From contig OZ251239.1 of NCBI GenBank assembly GCA_965240325.2, positions 496,001 through 560,000 on the forward strand: a stretch of DNA of 64,000 nucleotides, given 5' to 3'. Source of the DNA: Rebecca billardiae RCC1528. Its lineage: Eukaryota > Protista > Haptophyta. The notes under the pieces were generated by a model. It was not told the origin of the DNA and made no database searches. It saw only the letters and a program-made list of their open reading frames with translations. Below, piece by piece: positions 57,380 to 64,000 of this stretch (position 1 is the first letter of the stretch; the number at the start of each line of letters is the position of its first letter). A program made the position numbers and the translations under genes.

Positions 57380-58027
57380 TCACGCGCAGTACTCCATGCG
57401 CCCGTTTATGACGCGCTTCGAGCCGTACTGCGCGTTGGGCGTCTCCTCGATGGCGCGGTGTCGGCGCGCGGTCGGTGGCCGGTCCGCGTCGGAGACGGGG
57501 CCGTCGCCAAAAATGCCGCCCACAATCGACGAGCGGTTGGGGTCGCGCACCGTGCGTTGTGGCTCGGTCCTTGCGCTGGGCGTGCGCTCTGCGATGGGGA
57601 GCGCGGCGTCGTACGTCTCGAACGCGCCGCCGAGGATTGGGTTGGAGCGCGGCTGCCGCGGCGAGGCATCCAGGAATGCGGGCGGCGTCGGCAGCGGCGG
57701 CTCCATGTCGAAGGCGAGCTGCAGGGTGGACGCCTGCGCCGCGTGGTGCGCGTACGCGTGCCTCGGCACGGGTGCGGGCGCGGAAGGCTCCTCAGCCTGG
57801 TCCAGGAAGGAGAAAATCGACGAGGTGGCGTTGCGAGCAGCATACTCGCTCGCGCCCGTGCCCCTCTTCCCCATGCTCGTCACGGCCGGGGCCGGCGGCG
57901 GCACGTTCTCGCGCTCAGGCGGCGCGGCGGCGAAGGCAAAGTCGATCTGGGAGAGGCCACCTGTCGAGCTGCCGGCGCGGCGCTCGAGGTGGTGGTGCCG
58001 TGGGCGGTACGACGGCGACGCGTCCAT
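57380..58027 (-). CDS. Unknown disordered protein with repeated SSI/FG-type short motifs
   Basis: Motifs LSQIDFAF, TSSIFSF, STLQLAF, SNPILGGAF, SSIVGGIFG; the start is inferred. Confidence 0.55.
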   Translation of the reverse strand: MDASPSYRPRHHHLERRAGSSTGGLSQIDFAFAAAPPERENVPPPAPAVTSMGKRGTGASEYAARNATSSIFSFLDQAEEPSAPAPVPRHAYAHHAAQASTLQLAFDMEPPLPTPPAFLDASPRQPRSNPILGGAFETYDAALPIAERTPSARTEPQRTVRDPNRSSIVGGIFGDGPVSDADRPPTARRHRAIEETPNAQYGSKRVINGRMEYCA

Positions 58028-58214
58028 GCTCGTGGGCGCGGCGGGCGTTGATGGGCTGGGCGTCAGCCGAGGCGGATGGCTGCGCGAAAATTTGGACAGC
58101 GGCGGCCGGAGCGTTTCAGCAAGGGGAGTCGGAAATGCGAATCGAACCTGAATCCGTCGTCCGCCCCGCGCCGCCCTCGGTCGGTTCGGCAAGTGCTTGG
58201 ACGGGCGCTTCCCC

Positions 58215-58667
58215 ATGCTGGACACTCCCGCTCGCGCCTTTGGCTTCGCCGCGGCGGTGGCGACGGTGGTCGTCGGGCTCATCCACGCCTTCAACTCCTT
58301 CGTTGGCGAGACGAATAGCCTGCGCTGGTCGAGCGGCGGCTTCTTCGAGGAGGTGAACGCCTCGTGGCAGGAGAACTTCCTGCTCACGCCGTACGAGGTT
58401 GCGAAGCACTGGCAGCCGCTGCTGCTCGGACTGCTCGCGCTCGGGCAGCACATCGCGGTGGTGCATGTGTGGAAGGTCTACAACTCGTGGGGCGCGGGCG
58501 CCCTCTTCTACCTCGTGCTCGCATGCTTCGGCTGCTTTGGCTTCTCTGGGAACGCCGGGCTGATAGCCGGATGCATCAGCCTCGTCGCAAGCTTCCTCTC
58601 GCTTGCCATGGCATTCCTCGACCGCGAGGGCGCCTCGAAGGAGCTGAGGGAGCCGCTCTTCAAGTGA
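58215..58667 (+). CDS. Small ~4-TM membrane protein, unknown function
   Basis: Four hydrophobic segments; ends ELREPLFK. Confidence 0.7.
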   Translation: MLDTPARAFGFAAAVATVVVGLIHAFNSFVGETNSLRWSSGGFFEEVNASWQENFLLTPYEVAKHWQPLLLGLLALGQHIAVVHVWKVYNSWGAGALFYLVLACFGCFGFSGNAGLIAGCISLVASFLSLAMAFLDREGASKELREPLFK

Positions 58668-59148
58668 TTGCACGCCTCCTTTCATCATACCCCCATCCCA
58701 GTGATCGCGCCGCGCAAAGCACCGCGATGATTGCGGCCATGGCACGGAGTGCTGCTCAGCCAACCGCGGATGGCTCGGTCGGCTGAGCCCAGCGCGACCC
58801 GGCGCCGACCCGCACGGCCGCAGACACCCTCGGATGTTTTGCAGCGAGCGCCTCAGCCCTCAGCCCATCTCGCCGAAGTCTCTGTCATCGATGACTCGTC
58901 GCCCCTGCCCATGATCAAACACCGGGGGCGCTGACCGCGTCGTGCTTCTCTAGTCAAAGCGCCGGTGCCCGGGGCCGGTACGGGCGGGCGGGCCCCGGTG
59001 GGCGTCGACGCGAGCGGGCGGACGCGAGAGTTTTATTCATCGCGTGAGTTTTTAGCCGAAATATAAATAAGCTGCTAGCGTCGCTCTTTGCTCGCGGCGG
59101 CGTCGGTGGCTGGCTCCGCCGTCCGCGAGCCGTATCACTATCATCAGG

Positions 59149-60257
59149 CAAGGGAGTCAAGGGTGCCCGCGCCCCAGTGGCGCGCTCGCCGGATGTTGGG
59201 ATACACCTTTTTGCCCGCGGCCTGCGGCGGGCGGCGGCGAGGGCGTGCTCCGCTGGCGGGGCGAGCGCACGGGGCACGGCGCTGCGGGCGCGGATGTGCC
59301 CGCGAAGCCGGCGCGTGCAGACGGGCTGTTGCGGGAGAGTATTCGGCGCCCTCCTGCGCCGCGCGACTTGCGCCACGCCTCTTTCGCCTCGGCTCAGAGC
59401 AGCGCGCACGCTCGCGCCGCCTCAAGGCCAGCCTTGCCGCGCCGCAGCCGGCCGCGCGCGCGCCGTGCGCGGCGCGGTCGGGAAGGAACGGGCGCTGCTG
59501 CCGGGCGAGATGGCAAACGCATGTGCGCACGCCATGCCGCCCCGCGGCGCCGCGAAAGAGCACGAGAACGGATCCGCACAGCTGTTGACGAGTGCTGATC
59601 ACTTGTCGTGCACGAAGCCAGACCTGAGCTCGCAGAAGATGATGAAAGAGCATCAGCGCGAGGAAAGCGTCGCACCCAGCACTTCTACATGAACACGCGG
59701 TGATGAACATGCATGTAAGAGTAGCCCGCGTGCCCGTCTGGCACTATTCTGTGTCTCAATGATCGTCCCAACAAGGGTCACGACCGCGCAGCCGTGCACA
59801 CCATTTGTGACAAGTCGAAGAGGCATGCAAACAGACCGACGACACGCTCATCAAGGCGCCGCGGGGCGGCATGGCGTGCGCATATGCCTTTGCCATCTCG
59901 CCCGGCAGCAGCGCCCGTTCCTTCCCGACCGCGCCGCGCACGGCGCGCGCGCGGCCGGCTGCGGCGCGGCAAGGCTGGCCTTGAGGCGGCGCGTGCGTGC
60001 GCGCTGCTCTGAGCCGAGGCGAAAGAGGCGTGGCGCAAGTCGCGCGGCGCAGGAGGGCGCCGAATACTCTCCCGCAACAGCCCGTCTGCACGCGCCGGCT
60101 TCGCGGGCACATCCGCGCCCGCAGCGCCGTGCCCCGTGCGCTCGCCCCGCCAGCGGAGCACGCCCTCGCCGCCGCCCGCCGCAGGCCGCGGGCAAAAAGG
60201 TGTATCCCAACATCCGGCGAGCGCGCCACTGGGGCGCGGGCACCCTTGACTCCCTTG
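59149..60257. mobile_element. Foldback DNA transposon derivative with 403-bp TIRs and 7-bp TSD (Galileo/P-superfamily-like), non-autonomous
   Basis: Arms 59149-59551 and 59855-60257 are reverse complements (about 3 mismatches seen); CAAGGG...CCCTTG termini; CATCAGG at both 59142-59148 and 60258-60264. Confidence 0.9.
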
Positions 60258-60617
60258 CATCAGGAGACGTCCGACTCCGCGTCGGCAGCGGTCCGGTCTG
60301 ACCGGTGCGTGCGCCGGCTGATCGGACACGGTGATGCTATCAGTAATGAGAGACGGCTACGATACGACAAAAACACGCGGACTCGTGCTGATCCCAACGT
60401 GCGCGACAGACAGTAGACGACGTCGGCCGGCGTCCCAATCCGCCGCGCCCGATCGGCGGGACCGACGGTCCGCGTGCGGTGACTCCCTGATCCGCGGGCA
60501 GGTGCTCGGTGGGCCCAGACCCCAGAGGCATGACCGGCTGGCTCGCGGACGAGCATCGACGAGGCGGCGCGGCGCGCCACTGGCGACGCACCGCGCCTCG
60601 CCTGCGCGGCGGTGCAC

Positions 60618-61183
60618 TTAATCCTCGAAGATGCTCAGGTGGTCCTTGCCGATTGGGTCCATTGAGTAGCCCGTCGGCTCCGGGAGTGCGGGGTAGTCGT
60701 TCCCTGAGGAGCTGCGCGAGAAGATGCGCACCGCATCCTTCACGACGGCGTCGATGCCCTCGCGATCCTCCTGCTTCGATGCCCGCGCGTTCATCGCCTC
60801 GAGCTTGCCGAGCGTGATCAGCGTGTACGTAAGCTCCTTCTGCAGATCGTACCGGCTGCGCGGCGGCGGTAGCAGGGGGCAGGCGGCGCGGAGAGGCGCG
60901 GCGAGCGGGGGGTGGAGGTGAGAGCGAGGTCGCGGGCGCGCGCATGCCACGGCGCATGCGCTCGCGCGGCGGCACGCGCGCGCGTGGGCACGCACCGCTG
61001 GTTGAGGTTGGCGATCAGAGTGTTAATCTCGCCGACCGAGCAGCCAGTCGCAAGGCAGGCCTCGCCCTGCGCGACGAGCGCGTCCTCCTCAGCGCCCATG
61101 CGCACCGCAGCCCGCGACACGACCGCGCGGTGCGCAAGCGGCGACACGTAGGCGCTGGCGGCGAGGAGGGCAAGGGCAATCAT
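60618..61183 (-). CDS. Small nucleus-encoded plastid-targeted protein, unknown function; intron 60995-60856
   Basis: Bipartite presequence MIALALLAASA|YVSP...RAAVRM; CLATGCS; in-frame join to YDLQKEL...DYPALPEPTGYS. Confidence 0.75.
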
Positions 61184-61531
61184 CGTGACTGCGGTAGTTA
61201 GCGGCACGCGGCGGGAGCAGGCGGCGCTGGCTCGTCGAGACGAGGCGAGCGAGGGCCCGGCGCAAAAACCAATCATGACCTACACGATTTCGTCACAGCT
61301 GCGTCGACCCCCGGCTGGCCATCTCGCTGCCTTCGAGTAGTATCTCCCTCGCCTTCATAAGTGCTCATATAGGCTGCCCAGGACCGCGGTACCTATGCAC
61401 AACGGCCCTGCAGCCTTGCTAATGAAGGTGCTTACCCGCCCCGCCGGACTTGAATGAGTTGGCCGCGTGGCTCTCCTCGTCACCGGACTCGTTGGCCCCG
61501 TTCGCTCGACGACACCCGCGCGGTGCCCACC

Positions 61532-63076
61532 ATGGCGCTCGCGCCCGTCGCGCCTATCGCGAGCGCGGCGCTCGGGCGCGATGACGAGTACTTCATCGAG
61601 ATGGACTGCGACGATGATGCGGCCGCCGGCCGCGTCGCCCTGGCGGACACCTCCTTCCACCTCTACCTCTACGACCGCGCCTCGCTGCGGCTGCTCGTGC
61701 ATGCGGCGCGCGCGCACGCAGAGCGCATCCGCGCGGTGCGCCTCCGCGCGCTGGCGCACGGGCCCGCCGCCGCGCTGCTCTCCGCGTCGGACGACGGGCG
61801 CGTGCGCGTGTGGGACCCCGCGCAGGGCCTGCACCGCCCCGCGCTCGAGCTCGCCGCGCCCGACGTGCCCGCGCCCGCCGCGGACGACGAGCGCGAGGGC
61901 GGACACGAGCTGCTCGCGCTCGACGTTGACGGCTCGGGCACGGTGGTCGCCGCGGGCGGCGAGGCGCGCGTGCTGCTCTGGGACGTGCGCGCGCCGCAGC
62001 GCGTGCTCCGCGCGTACACCGAGGTGCACACCGAGGCGTGCACCAGCGTCGCCTTCCACGGCGGCGACCGCCGGGCGCTGCTAAGCGGCTCGGTGGACGG
62101 CCTGCTCTGCGTGCTCGACACCGAGCGCGAGCCGAGCGACGACGAGCTGGTGCGCAGCGTGTGCAACCCGGGCGACGCGGTCGTCCGCGCCGGCTCGTTC
62201 GACGGCTGGCCCCCCGCGCACACCAGCGCGCACGCGTACTGTGTAAGTGGCACGGAGGTGGTGAGTGCCTGGGACCTGAGCAGCGGGCTTCGCCGCGCCG
62301 AGTGGGCCAACCTAAGCCGCTCGGCGCTGCAGCTGCTCGCCGAGGCGGAGGAGCCCGGCGCGGGCGCGCCGCGCGCGCACGGGCCCGCCGCCGACTACAT
62401 CGTCGACTGCGTCCACGACGCGCGCGCGAGCGCGCCGCTCGTCATCGTCGCCGGCACGCACGGCGGCGAGCTGCGGCTGCTTGCGGGCGGTGCGGCGGGC
62501 GGCGAGGCGCGAGCGCTCGGCCGGCTCGGGCTGGGCGGCGCCGAGCCTGCGAACGGGCACGGCGCGAGCGTGCGCGCGTGCGCGTGGGTGCCCGCCGCCG
62601 CGCGGCTGCTCACCGCGGCCGAGGACGGGCGGCTGTGCTGCTGGCGAGGCGACGAGCTGCTGGCCGAACCGCCGGGCGCGGAGGAGGCGGCGGAGGCGGC
62701 GGAGGGCGCGGAGGGCGCGCCGGCCGCGCGTGCGACCGGCGCGGCCGACGCTGGTAGGGCGGAGCGCGCTGCGGAGCACCACGCCGACGCCGAAGCCGAC
62801 GCCGACGTGGAGCACGCCGGCCGCCGGCGCGCGGCCGGGGCGCGGCAGCTGCCCACCGCTCGGCAGCGCGCGGCGCGCAGCGCGCTGCGCGCCTCCGCCC
62901 GCGGACCCAAGCTCTCGCGCGCCGCCGCGCTCGCACTGCTCGCCGAGTGCCGCCCCGCGCACGTGCGCGCGGTGACGCACGAGCGCTACGGCGCGCGCAC
63001 GCACTGGCTCGGCCGCGTGCGCGCGCTGGCCACGCGCCACCGCCGCCGAGCGGACGCGCTCTTCGACGGGCTCTGA
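61532..63076 (+). CDS. WD40-repeat protein (WDR89-like)
   Basis: LLSASDDGRVRVWD, LLWDVR, YTEVHTEACTSVAFH, LLSGSVDGL, LLTAAEDGRLCCW. Confidence 0.85.
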   Translation: MALAPVAPIASAALGRDDEYFIEMDCDDDAAAGRVALADTSFHLYLYDRASLRLLVHAARAHAERIRAVRLRALAHGPAAALLSASDDGRVRVWDPAQGLHRPALELAAPDVPAPAADDEREGGHELLALDVDGSGTVVAAGGEARVLLWDVRAPQRVLRAYTEVHTEACTSVAFHGGDRRALLSGSVDGLLCVLDTEREPSDDELVRSVCNPGDAVVRAGSFDGWPPAHTSAHAYCVSGTEVVSAWDLSSGLRRAEWANLSRSALQLLAEAEEPGAGAPRAHGPAADYIVDCVHDARASAPLVIVAGTHGGELRLLAGGAAGGEARALGRLGLGGAEPANGHGASVRACAWVPAAARLLTAAEDGRLCCWRGDELLAEPPGAEEAAEAAEGAEGAPAARATGAADAGRAERAAEHHADAEADADVEHAGRRRAAGARQLPTARQRAARSALRASARGPKLSRAAALALLAECRPAHVRAVTHERYGARTHWLGRVRALATRHRRRADALFDGL

Positions 63077-63659
63077 TCTGCGCCGTCCGCGCCGACCAAT
63101 CACGTCCGGGCACTGACTGGGCAGGCTGCGTGCGCTCACATTGAGCATACCGGTCCGACGCCATTAAGTGTGGCTCAGTCGCAGCATGCGCACTCTCATG
63201 CCTCAGTGATCCAACGCCAACGGCAGTCCGGTGCTGCGGGCTGGCGGCCTGTAACGCTTCAGACTCATGTCATGGCCAGATCAAGCCGATTGGGTACTCA
63301 TTCGATCTATATGATCATGCGTTATGATGACAACTGGAACTGTATTTTACCCGCCAATTTTGAATACAATGATGATGATATACGTAGTTATTCTTACTTG
63401 CACGCCCATACGCATATATATATATGTATAATATATGCTACTGTTGGAACCCTGACGTGCTCTCCTATTTCGTCATAAAGCTTCTGATGTATTTGACCCA
63501 TGGCGTTTTCCAATAGTATCGATTACAAGTGCCGTTGGACCTAGTCGGTGGAACCGGCGGGAGATGCTGATCTTGCATGGGAACCCTGAAAGAATATACC
63601 GATCTCACGGCTCACCACCGCAACTGTACCCGCACCGACGCTCGTGTTGCCGCAGCGCG

Positions 63660-64000
63660 ATGCCGAGCCCATTGGCCTCGCGGCTGCACCGGCTGAGCTG
63701 GCCATCGCCACCCGAGCTCGTGCTCATCTCCGACCCGGGACCTGACCCCGACGACGTCAAGGCGATCCTCATCGCGGGCACGCTGCACCGCCGCGGCATC
63801 GTCGCGCTCAAGCTCGTCGTCGCGAACGGCGGCGGCGAGCAAGTGCGCGCCCGCGCCAAGCTGGCGCGCTGCCTGCTCGACGCGATCGGGGCGAGCGGGG
63901 TGCCGGTGGCCGTGGGCAGCAGTGGTAGATCATACCAGCCAGTCGCGCACGAGTACCGCCTCGACGGCTTCGACGCCGTCGACGAGGCGCGGCTCGAGCC
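63660..64000 (+). CDS. Nucleoside hydrolase-like protein (5' part, runs off the window)
   Basis: MPSPL...LVLISDPGPDPDDVKAI, LVVANGG, VPVAVG, resembling the Asp-rich N-terminal motif of the IU-NH fold. Confidence 0.65.
   Translation, partial: MPSPLASRLHRLSWPSPPELVLISDPGPDPDDVKAILIAGTLHRRGIVALKLVVANGGGEQVRARAKLARCLLDAIGASGVPVAVGSSGRSYQPVAHEYRLDGFDAVDEARLE

Noticed and set aside
59088-60301. Duplicated ORFs on opposite strands (MARSPDVG...)
   Set aside because: By-products of the foldback element's inverted arms
1-64000. tRNA, rRNA or selenoprotein/SECIS signals
   Set aside because: None recognised by eye; a covariance-model scan would be needed to exclude them

Overview
A very GC-rich, gene-dense eukaryotic window, not a prokaryotic one. 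It has GT-AG introns with GTGCGC...GCGCAG ends and a bipartite plastid-targeting protein. The composition and intron style suggest a secondary-plastid alga, possibly a pavlovophyte haptophyte (inference). Most ORFs in the supplied track are GC-driven shadow frames. I support about 21 genes: an AEQG-repeat protein (partial), RNase P/MRP p30, a DUF985-type cupin, a MATE transporter, an unknown type I membrane protein, a ~3,190-aa LRR/FG-GAP/kringle/Pro-stalk/REJ/GPS/EF-hand polycystin-1-like receptor, BTB-BACK-Kelch, a Slo/BK-like K+ channel, Rpn13, F-box/RCC1, two glycosyltransferase-like proteins, an alpha/beta hydrolase with tandem SIM-like motifs, a mitochondrial carrier, Enhancer of polycomb, a 1,944-aa protein of ~23 x 75-aa repeats, UBLCP1, two small unknown proteins, a plastid protein, a WD40 protein and a partial nucleoside hydrolase-like gene. 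Mobile DNA read directly from the sequence includes a 1,109-bp foldback element (403-bp TIRs, 7-bp TSD, Galileo/P-like), a TA-flanked MITE, and a pair of perfect 46-bp TA-flanked inverted repeats 8.35 kb apart that bracket four genes.
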